A stretch of 61,212 nucleotides of DNA, taken from positions 1-61,212 of IMG/VR virus record IMGVR_UViG_3300030060_003743, one strand, 5' to 3'. Under the pieces are notes generated by a model. That model ran no database searches, had not been told where the DNA came from, and saw nothing but the letters and a program-made list of their open reading frames with translations. Position numbers and translations under genes: made by a program. The DNA comes from a virus. Taxonomy: Duplodnaviria > Caudoviricetes. This document shows, piece after piece, positions 1 to 8,993 of the stretch. Position 1 is the first letter of the stretch. Every line of letters begins with the position of its first letter.

Positions 1-98
1 AGCCAAATAAATTCTTTTTACATTGTCGGCCATCTTGTACACAACAGACCATTGTAAAGGTGTAAAGTCCTGAGCTTCATCTAGAATCAAGACTTCTA
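1..98. repeat. Terminal overlap of a circular assembly (copy 1)
   Basis: 1-98 is identical to 61113-61210; base 99 differs (g vs a). It falls inside a helicase ORF, so it is an assembly overlap. Genome is about 61,112 bp. Confidence 0.95.
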
Positions 99-693
99 GC
101 GGCGGAAACTCAACTTCGTCTATTGCTCGTTGAATCATATCTGTAAAATCTATAAAAGATTGTTTTTTGTAATGCTCATAAGTTGCTATCTTTCTACAAA
201 ACACATCTAAACTATCTTTTTTATAAGACTCTTTTTTATACACGAGCCGTGGGTCTTGTAACATGTTTCTGGCTTTATCATACACACCCAACGACCAATC
301 TTTGTAGGTAAAGTTATCGTCAGCTAATCTTGCGTCAGAAGTTTTAATGAAACTATTTTCAAGAGCAAAGTCAATCATGCAATTCTTAGGATCAAATACC
401 TCTTCTTCAAAATACTGCCTACAATACTTATGTAAAGTTTTAAATCTTAAAAAATCATCTTCAGTGTATTTAGGAAATGCAGCTAAAGCTCTATCCCGAG
501 CCGTGTTAACTGCTTTGTTGGTAAAAGATATAAAAGCTATGCTTTGTGGATCTATATCTTTTTTTAGATAACCCTTCAACACTCTTTCAATAAGAGTGTG
601 CGTCTTACCTGTGCCAGGAGGACCAAAAATCTTAATGGTCTTCTTGTATATTTGTTTCTGCTTCTGCAGACCTGAATTTTTTGTGGTGGTCAT
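1..693 (-). CDS. UvrD/Rep-like SF1 helicase, N-terminal part (continues at 61112-60180)
   Basis: Manual translation from ATG at 693: MTTTKNSGLQKQKQIYKKTIKIFGPPGTGKT (Walker A), AFISFTNKAV, LEVLILDEAQD (Walker B). In frame across the junction, 541 aa in total. Confidence 0.9.
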   Translation of the reverse strand, partial: MTTTKNSGLQKQKQIYKKTIKIFGPPGTGKTHTLIERVLKGYLKKDIDPQSIAFISFTNKAVNTARDRALAAFPKYTEDDFLRFKTLHKYCRQYFEEEVFDPKNCMIDFALENSFIKTSDARLADDNFTYKDWSLGVYDKARNMLQDPRLVYKKESYKKDSLDVFCRKIATYEHYKKQSFIDFTDMIQRAIDEVEFPPLEVLILDEAQDFTPLQWSVVYKMADNVKRIYLA

Positions 694-2212
694 CGTCGAT
701 CTCACTTACTTTTTTAGATTTTTTAGGCTTTAACTTTGTATGACTTACAAACTCTGGCATTTCAACACACCAAACGTTTTTTTCTTTTTTAACATACTCT
801 TTACGAACACAACCGAGCATTCGCAGAGCATCTGAGGTAGTGCTAAATATCTTTGATCCTTTTTTCTTTAGAAAACTATCTAATGTAATTTTTTTAAAGT
901 AGCATACGTTTGTGTTGGTATCTAAAATAACGTAACCATCTTTTAATTTTTCAAATTTATCTTGTTCTATATGCGATTCAAAAAAATCTTTTAACATAGA
1001 ATACTTCTCTTCCTCTAGGGTATCTGCGTAAGCATGATCTTTATTTTCTACTGCTTGTTCTACAATACCTTTCATTAATAGTTCAAAAGGACTTGGCCCT
1101 TTTCTTGGTTTAGGTAACGTCATCCAAAATTTACCATACCTTAAAAGTTTTACCCTGAAAGCCTTTTCATCTTTCATGTCCTCTGGACTTACTATAACAT
1201 GTTGATTTTCATAGTCGAACTCATAATAAGTATTTTTAGGATCTCTAATATAAGTAATATTTTGAAAGTTATCTATGATTTCAGGAACTGCCTCACCGAT
1301 ACCTAACCTTCTTGATTTACACAAATCTTTATTACATATTGGTTGTAATTCAGGGTGTTTTGGTGGACATTGATATTCGTAACTAGACTTATGAACTGAC
1401 TTAGCCAGTGCACTCACTTCGTTTCTTTCTAATGGTTTAGTAAATACAGCTAAATTTCTTTGCTGCGCTATCTCTTCAATTTGTTGCATGGACAGAGACG
1501 TGGTTTTTTTCATTTCTAAAACCAATATGTTAAATAAATAGTTATTACGATTATTAGAGGACCAACCTTCTTGTATTAATTTTTGCACACAAGGTGGGTA
1601 ATGACTCCAATCAGATTCAATATCATATTCTTGTACTCTATAATTATAAAAATCTTCCGGAGATATTTTTTTTTCTTCAGCTATCTCTAAAAATCTACCT
1701 GCCATAACAGGATTATTTCTATCGTCAAACGCAAATTCCATAGAAGAATTCATGTTGAAATAAGGCATGTTTAACATTTTGTTGCATGGAAACACCTCTA
1801 AAGCTTGAAAATACTGTGTGTTGATAGCATTAAGTTTTTTTAAAACTTTGTTGGTTTCTGCCGGCTCTGATAAAAATATAAATATGTGTAAACCACCAGA
1901 CTTCGACCTGACAGCTACCAAAGGTAAATTGTATTTATTTATAATATCTACATATTTTTTTTCTGAATAACTTTTATAATTATGAGGATCTACGTCTATA
2001 CATCCCCAAACGCACTTACCGTTTTTTTCAGGTTTAATACCAATTCTAATAGAACCATCTAAATGCTGCTTCCATAAAGATTCAGTGACTGGTTCATGAA
2101 TAGTCTGATATTGTGCGGATTTCTTCCCCCTCTCGTCGTCCTCACCCGTAAGTGAGGACTTGAGATAACAGGTATCATCTCCCGCAAATAATGTTAAAAA
2201 TTTGCGGTTCAT
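632..2212 (-). CDS. DNA primase (AEP/prim-pol-like N-terminus, PriCT-like middle)
   Basis: WGCIDVD (DxD) and RSKSGGLHIF motifs, YPPCVQ...NRNNYLFN; located in the replication module. Confidence 0.8.
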   Translation of the reverse strand: MNRKFLTLFAGDDTCYLKSSLTGEDDERGKKSAQYQTIHEPVTESLWKQHLDGSIRIGIKPEKNGKCVWGCIDVDPHNYKSYSEKKYVDIINKYNLPLVAVRSKSGGLHIFIFLSEPAETNKVLKKLNAINTQYFQALEVFPCNKMLNMPYFNMNSSMEFAFDDRNNPVMAGRFLEIAEEKKISPEDFYNYRVQEYDIESDWSHYPPCVQKLIQEGWSSNNRNNYLFNILVLEMKKTTSLSMQQIEEIAQQRNLAVFTKPLERNEVSALAKSVHKSSYEYQCPPKHPELQPICNKDLCKSRRLGIGEAVPEIIDNFQNITYIRDPKNTYYEFDYENQHVIVSPEDMKDEKAFRVKLLRYGKFWMTLPKPRKGPSPFELLMKGIVEQAVENKDHAYADTLEEEKYSMLKDFFESHIEQDKFEKLKDGYVILDTNTNVCYFKKITLDSFLKKKGSKIFSTTSDALRMLGCVRKEYVKKEKNVWCVEMPEFVSHTKLKPKKSKKVSEIDDDHHKKFRSAEAETNIQEDH

Positions 2213-2214
2213 GA

Positions 2215-3057
2215 TTAAAATACAACTTTGTCTTCTTCTTTAGTCTCGGACTTTAGTTGCTTGCTTTGTGCCGTAATTACTTCTTCCACCTTATCAAAGT
2301 CAACTTTGTTGAATATGTCAAACTCCTTAGCACTTAAATAAAAGTCCTTAGTCATTCTACATATCTCTGCATCATCAGCTGACTTAACAGGCTCTAGATG
2401 ACGATCAAACTCTATGGACCAACCTGGCCAATTACCTTTGTTATTAGATTCTTGAACCGTGGTTAACCTATAGATAGTCGCCCAACTAGGTGGGTTGAAA
2501 AAGCCTTTTGAACCCTGAACTCTTTTAGATGCCATTTGAGCATTCCAAAGTTTAGACTTCTTTTTCTGTGTAGATTTCATGGTGATCAAAGCACTTTCTA
2601 TTGGTACATAATCTTCATTTAAAATGTACACAAAGTGATTGCCGGTATCCTCTACGTAATTACCATTGGGTAGTCGATCCCTACCATCGTCACCTCTTGA
2701 GGTTTGCGATAGTATTTGTGGATCGATATGTATGTTAATAGGTCTGCCAGGAGAATCTCCACGGTCAGCCCACTCGTTAAAAGTGTTAACATACAAACAA
2801 GGCACAACTAGCATACCGTCCTTGCCTCGGTAGATAGAACTGGTAACTTCATTGTAGATGTCACCAACCTTAGCATCTTCGTTATACTTTGCGTCTTGTG
2901 GGTTTAAGACAGGAGAGTTACTACTTAATAATTTTAAGATAGGTAACTTCATGTCTCGTGCGGTAATGTTTTCAGTGCCTTGACCAGCGTACTGCTCAAA
3001 GTCACTGGCGACCATTACTTCTCCGCCTTGCTTCGTCTTACTTACTGCTTTCGTCAT
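2215..3057 (-). CDS. Putative single-stranded DNA-binding protein
   Basis: LPILKLL...SP and ITMKSTQKKKSKLWN motifs, acidic tail ending in F; adjacent to primase. Confidence 0.6.
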   Translation of the reverse strand: MTKAVSKTKQGGEVMVASDFEQYAGQGTENITARDMKLPILKLLSSNSPVLNPQDAKYNEDAKVGDIYNEVTSSIYRGKDGMLVVPCLYVNTFNEWADRGDSPGRPINIHIDPQILSQTSRGDDGRDRLPNGNYVEDTGNHFVYILNEDYVPIESALITMKSTQKKKSKLWNAQMASKRVQGSKGFFNPPSWATIYRLTTVQESNNKGNWPGWSIEFDRHLEPVKSADDAEICRMTKDFYLSAKEFDIFNKVDFDKVEEVITAQSKQLKSETKEEDKVVF

Positions 3058-3066
3058 TTTTACTCC

Positions 3067-3600
3067 TTACTTGATAGTAGTTTTGTTTGCGACGTAAACC
3101 CCAAAAAGATCCATAGGAACCGAACGGCCTTTTTCAATCTCTGTTTTAACATAAGATTTAAGAGTCATTGGTTCCACTTTCATTTTTTGAGATACATTGA
3201 GTTTTCTTTCCACTAGCTCCTCTACAAGAGCAGTAGCTACCGCATCTTCAGATTTACCAAAGTTTAAAGAAACAATGTTTTTTATCATGTCCCCTGCATC
3301 ATTCTCACGAAGCCAATCAAAAGCTTCGTCTCTCTTAGATTCAGGGATCCTAGCAGCGTAAAATTGACTGACTTTAACAGTTTTACCGTCTTCAGTCTTA
3401 ATCATAGATACGCCAGCTTCTTGCATCAGATTAGGAATAACTTCTTCAGAAATAGTTTTTTCTTCTTCCTTAAGATGTTTTAGAACTTCTTCCGTTTTTT
3501 CTATTTCTTTCTGAGTCTCTAATAACTTGTTGCAAGATTTAGAGATGTCTTTCAACTTCCCTGTGTCTACCGATAAGGCAGATTCTGCTTCTAAGTCCAT
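3067..3600 (-). CDS. Conserved phage replication-module protein
   Basis: Coiled-coil N-terminus, AFDWLRE and VEPMTLK motifs; SD GGAGG upstream. Confidence 0.6.
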   Translation of the reverse strand: MDLEAESALSVDTGKLKDISKSCNKLLETQKEIEKTEEVLKHLKEEEKTISEEVIPNLMQEAGVSMIKTEDGKTVKVSQFYAARIPESKRDEAFDWLRENDAGDMIKNIVSLNFGKSEDAVATALVEELVERKLNVSQKMKVEPMTLKSYVKTEIEKGRSVPMDLFGVYVANKTTIK

Positions 3601-3630
3601 AGGACCTCCTATATAATTTATAGAAACTAA

Positions 3631-3676
3631 ACAATAATATTAATATATTGCATTGTCAACAAATAAATACTATTAT
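3631..3676. promoter_or_regulatory. Overlapping divergent sigma70-like promoters
   Basis: Plus: TTGCAT(3648-3653)-N17-TATTAT(3671-3676). Minus: TTGACA(3659-3654)-N17-TATTGT(3636-3631). Lies between divergent ORFs starting at 3600 and 3709. Confidence 0.6.
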
Positions 3677-3708
3677 TCCTATAAATTATTAGAAAAATTG
3701 GAGCTAAT

Positions 3709-5121
3709 ATGGAATATAAGTATAAGACCGAACCCTTTGAACACCAGAGAAAGGCTTTATCTGAGGGCGCAAACAAGCATAATTACGCTTACCTCATGGA
3801 AATGGGCACAGGAAAAACTAAAGTTTGTATTGATAACATGGCACACTTGTGGCTACAAGACAAAATATCTTTAGTTTTAGTTGTTGCTCCTAACTCAGTT
3901 TACCAAAATTGGAAAACAGAAATAGAAAAGCACTGTCCTGTAGAAACTAATATACACGTTTACAAGATAGATAAAAACAAAAATTTTAAAATAGACGTAG
4001 AAAAGTTAAATTTTTTGCTTATAAACGTCGAGGCTTTTAGCCATAAATCAGGATTTGATTTTATTAACCCGATCGTTTACACCCATTGTGACGAAATGTG
4101 CATGGTGGTTGACGAGTCTACTACCATTAAAAATAGGAAAGCAAAAAGAACTAAAACTATAATAGAGGTAGGTCAAAACGTGGTTTATAAACGTATTTTG
4201 ACTGGCTCTCCAGTAACGAAATCTCCGTTAGATTTGTTTAGTCAATGTCAGTTTTTATCTAATGCCATACTAGGAACTGATAATTATTTTGTTTTTAGGG
4301 CAAGGCATTGCGCCATGAAACACATAGCTTTGCCAGGCAGAAACGTGCAGATACCCCTAATAACTCATTACATGAATCTTGAGGACATAGAGCATAGACT
4401 TAAAAATTATTCTTATCGAGTTAAAAAAGAAGAGTGTTTAAAGCTGCCAGACAAGATATATCAAAAAAGATTTGTGCAGTTGAAAGGAGAGCAGTTGGCG
4501 GTATATGTTACTCTAAAAAAACATGCCAGAGCTTTATTTGAGGATCAAGAAGTAAGTTATAATAATAAGTTAACTGAAATAATTAAGTTGACGCAGGTCT
4601 GCAATGGTTTTTTAAAATCAGATGAAGGTGTCATATCAGATTTAGGCAATGCAAAATTGCAAGAGCTTTTAAATATTTTAGATGAGCTAGATGGTAAAGC
4701 TATAATTTGGGCAGATTACATACACAATATAGAACAAATTAAAGAAAAATTAGATAAAGTATATGGAGAAGGCAGTAGTGTTACCATATATGGTGACGTT
4801 TCTATACAAGACAGAGAAAAAGCCATCAAAGACTTTCAAACATTAGACGAGGTTAGATTTATTGTGGGTAACCCTACCGTGGGTGGGTATGGTTTAAACT
4901 TAACTAAGGCATCCACTGTCATTTATTTTTCAAATAATTTTAATCTAGAAACTAGACTTCAATCAGAAGACAGAGCTCACCGCATAGGGCAAGAAAAAAA
5001 TGTAACTTACATAGACATCATAGCTGAAAAAACTATAGATGAATTTATAATTAGTCTTTTAAATAAAAAATTAAAGATTAGTGCGGAGACTTTAGGTGAA
5101 GAAGTTTTATCGTATTTATAG
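3709..5121 (+). CDS. SNF2-family (SF2) helicase
   Basis: MEMGTGKT, VVDEST, ILTGSP, GGYGLNLT, QSEDRAHRIGQ motifs. Confidence 0.92.
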   Translation: MEYKYKTEPFEHQRKALSEGANKHNYAYLMEMGTGKTKVCIDNMAHLWLQDKISLVLVVAPNSVYQNWKTEIEKHCPVETNIHVYKIDKNKNFKIDVEKLNFLLINVEAFSHKSGFDFINPIVYTHCDEMCMVVDESTTIKNRKAKRTKTIIEVGQNVVYKRILTGSPVTKSPLDLFSQCQFLSNAILGTDNYFVFRARHCAMKHIALPGRNVQIPLITHYMNLEDIEHRLKNYSYRVKKEECLKLPDKIYQKRFVQLKGEQLAVYVTLKKHARALFEDQEVSYNNKLTEIIKLTQVCNGFLKSDEGVISDLGNAKLQELLNILDELDGKAIIWADYIHNIEQIKEKLDKVYGEGSSVTIYGDVSIQDREKAIKDFQTLDEVRFIVGNPTVGGYGLNLTKASTVIYFSNNFNLETRLQSEDRAHRIGQEKNVTYIDIIAEKTIDEFIISLLNKKLKISAETLGEEVLSYL

Positions 5122-5179
5122 GTAAATTTAGGGGGTACTAACGGGTCGGGTAACCTCTAAAAAGCTCTATATGAGCCTC

Positions 5180-5905
5180 TCAGGAGCTCGTTTTTTTCAT
5201 GATTTTGCGAAAATCTTGCATTTTCTCCAACCATTTGTCTTCATACTCTTTTAACATGGTTTCGCTCATAACGTACTTTTGAAACACTAAATCTTTGGTG
5301 CATATTAAAATTAGACCTTGACGTATGTCTCCATACTGTAATTTGTGAGCCAAAGAGTAAGCACCAATTTGGTAAAAATAATCTTCAATCCATTCTTCTC
5401 TTTTAGGTTTATTGCTTTGTTTAAAATCTGCAATTGTAGGCTTACTCGCATATTCACATATTAAATCTGAAGAGCCAGCCCATTGATCTTTATATGCTAA
5501 ACTTACTTCAGTTCCATAAACTCTAGAAAGATCTTGTAAATTTTCAATAATGGTATGAGCCATCATTCTTGGAAGACTTCCCTCTTTAGATAAATTAAAA
5601 TACCCCTGACCATTCATATACTGTTCTAAAACATAGTGCATTTCTGTGCCTCTAGTTGCAGCCTGGCTCGTGATTCGTGCGGCTTCTTCATGGCCTATTC
5701 GATCTCGCCACCTTTGAAGTCCTTGTTTTTTTTCTTTAGACTGTGTGGTGGTTAATATAGTAGTAACACTAGGAACTTTTTTGCCATCCACATCGTAAGT
5801 TCTAAAATTGTCGCCATCGTCTCTACTGTAAAAACCGTAATTAAACTTGTTATCTTTTATAAAATCACTTACCGTAAAAACTTGGTCATTTCTCGTCAAT
5901 ATCAT
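5180..5905 (-). CDS. PD-(D/E)XK exonuclease
   Basis: VPSVTTIL, RGTEMH, AGSSD...IADFKQS, YFYQIGAY motifs. Confidence 0.85.
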   Translation of the reverse strand: MILTRNDQVFTVSDFIKDNKFNYGFYSRDDGDNFRTYDVDGKKVPSVTTILTTTQSKEKKQGLQRWRDRIGHEEAARITSQAATRGTEMHYVLEQYMNGQGYFNLSKEGSLPRMMAHTIIENLQDLSRVYGTEVSLAYKDQWAGSSDLICEYASKPTIADFKQSNKPKREEWIEDYFYQIGAYSLAHKLQYGDIRQGLILICTKDLVFQKYVMSETMLKEYEDKWLEKMQDFRKIMKKTSS

Positions 5906-6644
5906 TTTTTATATCTTTATTATATTTTATAATTTCTGCGATTATACTAAGGTCCACCTCATAATACAAAGCGGAGCATCTTATGGCTTCAACGTCTTTT
6001 GGAAAACAAGGTCCGCCAAAACCCCGATCTTTAGTGACAAGCGTGTGGCTGGCATTTATTCTTTTATCTAAAGCAACACCTTTACGAACATTATCAAAAT
6101 CTATGCCTGACGCTTTACAAAAATCATAAACTTGATTGAAAAAACTAACTTTTGTCGCTAAAAAAGCGTTTCTAAAATATTTAACAGCTATTAGTTCTTC
6201 TGGGTCTGCTGTTATTATGTGAGGGCAACTAGGAAATATTTCTTTAAACAATTTAATCCAAAACGATACTTCTTTTCCTCCAATCATTATGTGTTCTTGT
6301 TGGCGAATGTCATCCAAAGCTTTGTCTGCTCTTAAAAATTCAGGAGAGTATGCAATTTTTTTGTCAAACTTATCATTAATATATGACCAGCCCTGCACTG
6401 ATATGGTGCTTTTAATTAATATAGGCACATCAGGGCAATCTTCTAAAACATCTGTTACGTGAAGCATGTTACAAGCACCGGCAAGACCTTTTGGTGTTGG
6501 CACGCAAATAACAACAGCGTCTACATCCGAACTAATTTTTTTGTCGTAATGTTTTGGATCTATTATTTGAGTTTCGTGATAGTTTTGTAAAACAGCAGCG
6601 TAGGCTCTACCTACGTGACCGTAACCAGCTATGCCTATTTTCAT
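5886..6644 (-). CDS. ugd: UDP-glucose/GDP-mannose dehydrogenase family protein, C-terminally short
   Basis: GYGHVG Rossmann motif, ICVPTP, IKSTI, SPEFL, KYFRNAFLATK, GFGGPCFPKD (catalytic Cys). Only 252 aa. Confidence 0.85.
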   Translation of the reverse strand: MKIGIAGYGHVGRAYAAVLQNYHETQIIDPKHYDKKISSDVDAVVICVPTPKGLAGACNMLHVTDVLEDCPDVPILIKSTISVQGWSYINDKFDKKIAYSPEFLRADKALDDIRQQEHIMIGGKEVSFWIKLFKEIFPSCPHIITADPEELIAVKYFRNAFLATKVSFFNQVYDFCKASGIDFDNVRKGVALDKRINASHTLVTKDRGFGGPCFPKDVEAIRCSALYYEVDLSIIAEIIKYNKDIKNDIDEK

Positions 6645-6997
6645 TATTGTCCTAGTGGATTATCGTCTTTAAGTATATCGTAAACTTTAGCTAATTCTCT
6701 TTCCATCCAACCAGCTAGTTTATCTTCCATATCTTTCATTTCTACATCTAATTTTTCAATACCTTCGTACAATTCTGTGGTAGATTTGTTGTTAAACTGA
6801 ACTCGTTCCTCAACTGCAACCAGTCTTTCCTGTAACTGAGAAGTATCTGTTGCCACAAAATTTTTAACGGCTTCTTCTGTATGTTCCACTCTCGTAGCTA
6901 AATTGGCGACCCAATAGACTGTTGAACCTATCGGCACTATCGCCCCCAAAACTAGACTCAAAAGTAATCCCGACGAGATCGTAAGAGTTTTGTTCAT
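6644..6997 (-). CDS. Membrane-anchored coiled-coil protein
   Basis: N-terminal hydrophobic helix followed by a heptad-like helix. Confidence 0.6.
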   Translation of the reverse strand: MNKTLTISSGLLLSLVLGAIVPIGSTVYWVANLATRVEHTEEAVKNFVATDTSQLQERLVAVEERVQFNNKSTTELYEGIEKLDVEMKDMEDKLAGWMERELAKVYDILKDDNPLGQ

Positions 6998-8348
6998 AAA
7001 TCATCTCCTGTTGTATGGACAACGTTTCTGTTATTTTAATCGTATCTTGCATAACTTGCAAATATACTGCTGGTAACAATATTTGACCCAAAGAATCAAC
7101 GCTAATTACCTTAGATTTAGTTTCGCTTTTAGTTGTTTTAGCCACAGTTTTAACCTTTGGTTTAGGCTTATCTTTTTTGACGGTGGACTTTTTAGAATCA
7201 TTTTTCTTTTTAGACTTGTCGTTTTTAGGTTTACTTTTTTTGACGACTTTACTTTCATCACTTTTGATTTCGGTTTCGTCACTGTTTGATAACTCGCTTG
7301 TTGCATCAGTTTCATTCTCTGTTGTTGTCTCTTCTGATTCATTTAATGTGCTCTCCGTATTTTCTATTTTTTCTTCATTAATGCTTTCATCTATCTCGGG
7401 TACTTCTATTTCTACAATTTCTTGAGTTACTTCAACCTCAGATACGGGATTTAAGTCACTTACATCAGGAAGTTCAACTGATGTTATAGGGGCAACTACA
7501 AGTTCAGGCATATCTACTTCAACAGGCACATCAATAGTGGTGGGGATATTTACACTAACAGGTGTTATTTCAATAATTGGCTGTTCTAATATTATTTCAT
7601 TAGTAACAGACATTTCTAAATCAAGTCCGCCAACAATAGAGTTGGTTATCTCTTGCTCAACTATTTGTTCTATTACGGGCTCAACAATGACAGTTTGTTC
7701 TATTACGGGCTCAACAATGACAGGTGTAATTACAACAGGTTCTACTATCGGAGCTACATATTGTTCTGTGGTTACAGTAAAATTCAAATTGTCGATGATA
7801 GGCCCATACCAGTTACTGCTGTTACCTGTATCATTACCCGTGATTGTCAGATTAAGTGAGGTATCGTCTGTATTGAAATCGCCTGTTACATCTTTAGTAA
7901 AAGAATAGCTTTCCCAGCCATCTTCATATGGCACAGCTACAGATTCAGATATTACCTCTATTTCAGTTGCACTTTCAATGGTAATGGTAGACACCACCGT
8001 ATCATCAGCCCCAGCATTACACCATTCACTGCCTGAGTTACCACAACCGATGGAATCAAAATTCATATTAATTTCTTTAATTAAATGATTTTCCGGTAAA
8101 CTGGATGTATCAACATCTTGACTTATGTTACCACCTTGATACCTAAATCTTACACTTTTAGATGCTGAACCAGAATAAGTCGCAGGGTCTCTTTTGACCT
8201 TATCTTGGTTATTATCAGACAACTCCCAGCCATTGGTATCAGTTGTAAAATTTGGATTATTGAGTAGGTTGTCCGTAGTCGTTGACTCGGCGTGGCTTAC
8301 TGATATTGATGCGAATGCCAGGAGCATCCACAAGGTTACCTTGTTCAT
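6864..8348 (-). CDS. Exported protein: signal peptide, beta-sandwich/CBM-like domain, acidic Pro/Glu linker, Lys-rich segment
   Basis: Signal ...VSHA|ESTT, NLLNNPNF...W and YGPIIDN patterns, low-complexity linker. Confidence 0.6.
   Translation of the reverse strand: MNKVTLWMLLAFASISVSHAESTTTDNLLNNPNFTTDTNGWELSDNNQDKVKRDPATYSGSASKSVRFRYQGGNISQDVDTSSLPENHLIKEINMNFDSIGCGNSGSEWCNAGADDTVVSTITIESATEIEVISESVAVPYEDGWESYSFTKDVTGDFNTDDTSLNLTITGNDTGNSSNWYGPIIDNLNFTVTTEQYVAPIVEPVVITPVIVEPVIEQTVIVEPVIEQIVEQEITNSIVGGLDLEMSVTNEIILEQPIIEITPVSVNIPTTIDVPVEVDMPELVVAPITSVELPDVSDLNPVSEVEVTQEIVEIEVPEIDESINEEKIENTESTLNESEETTTENETDATSELSNSDETEIKSDESKVVKKSKPKNDKSKKKNDSKKSTVKKDKPKPKVKTVAKTTKSETKSKVISVDSLGQILLPAVYLQVMQDTIKITETLSIQQEMIYEQNSYDLVGITFESSFGGDSADRFNSLLGRQFSYESGTYRRSR
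7664..7723. repeat. 30-bp tandem duplication within CDS (VIVEPVIEQ x2)
   Basis: TTTGTTCTATTACGGGCTCAACAATGACAG at 7664-7693 and 7694-7723. Confidence 0.9.
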
Positions 8349-8769
8349 CTAGTTTTACCATCCCTCTTTCGATGTAAAGTTTTTTTGCTTCTTCTCCTAT
8401 TTTACCATCAATCGGACATGGAGAATTTGAGTCCCACATGGCTTGCCAGACCCGTGGATCTTGACACAAGATTGCAGTGGCAGAAACACGAAGTCCTAGT
8501 TGAGCCATGGCCCTACTTAGCTTAATGCGTTCACACGTCTTATCAACGACATGTATACCCGCTGAAGCATTGAATAAGCTTGTGCCCAATGCGCCTGACC
8601 TTACGACCACACACACATCGCTACCTCCACCTATTGAAACCGATGGCGATATGGCAGAAGCTGGTGGTTGATCCTTGTAGTAAATATTGCTATCTGCAGC
8701 GAAGCTGTCGGTGACATACAGTAATAACCAAGCTGATGCTAGTATTGTAATTAAAGTTGTCCATTTCAC
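8257..8769 (-). CDS. Exported Cys-containing conserved phage protein
   Basis: Signal peptide; SAISPS, CERIKLSR, LCQDPRVWQAM, PCPIDG motifs. Confidence 0.65.
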   Translation of the reverse strand: MKWTTLITILASAWLLLYVTDSFAADSNIYYKDQPPASAISPSVSIGGGSDVCVVVRSGALGTSLFNASAGIHVVDKTCERIKLSRAMAQLGLRVSATAILCQDPRVWQAMWDSNSPCPIDGKIGEEAKKLYIERGMVKLDEQGNLVDAPGIRINISKPRRVNDYGQPTQ

Positions 8770-8993
8770 TTCATTTTCTCCAGAATAGTATCAAGTTTAT
8801 TAGAGTTTTTATTGACTTGATCTTTTATGTACCTTATCTCTACCTCCATCACTTGAACTTTATCAACTTTAGTTTTGATAAGTTCTTGCTCTTTCACTAA
8901 GTCATTAATTTTAGCGGTAGACGTGCCCCAAGCTATGCCTATTAAAACAAAAGGTGAAATTATATAAATTACATTTTTAGGATCTATTCGCAT
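8766..8993 (-). CDS. Small membrane-anchored coiled-coil protein
   Basis: N-terminal TM helix; overlaps both neighbours in an operon-like way. Confidence 0.6.
   Translation of the reverse strand: MRIDPKNVIYIISPFVLIGIAWGTSTAKINDLVKEQELIKTKVDKVQVMEVEIRYIKDQVNKNSNKLDTILEKMK

Noticed and set aside
1-98. Terminal repeat as a physical direct terminal repeat
   Set aside because: It lies inside the helicase gene and is about 100 bp, which is typical of an assembler overlap on a circular contig.
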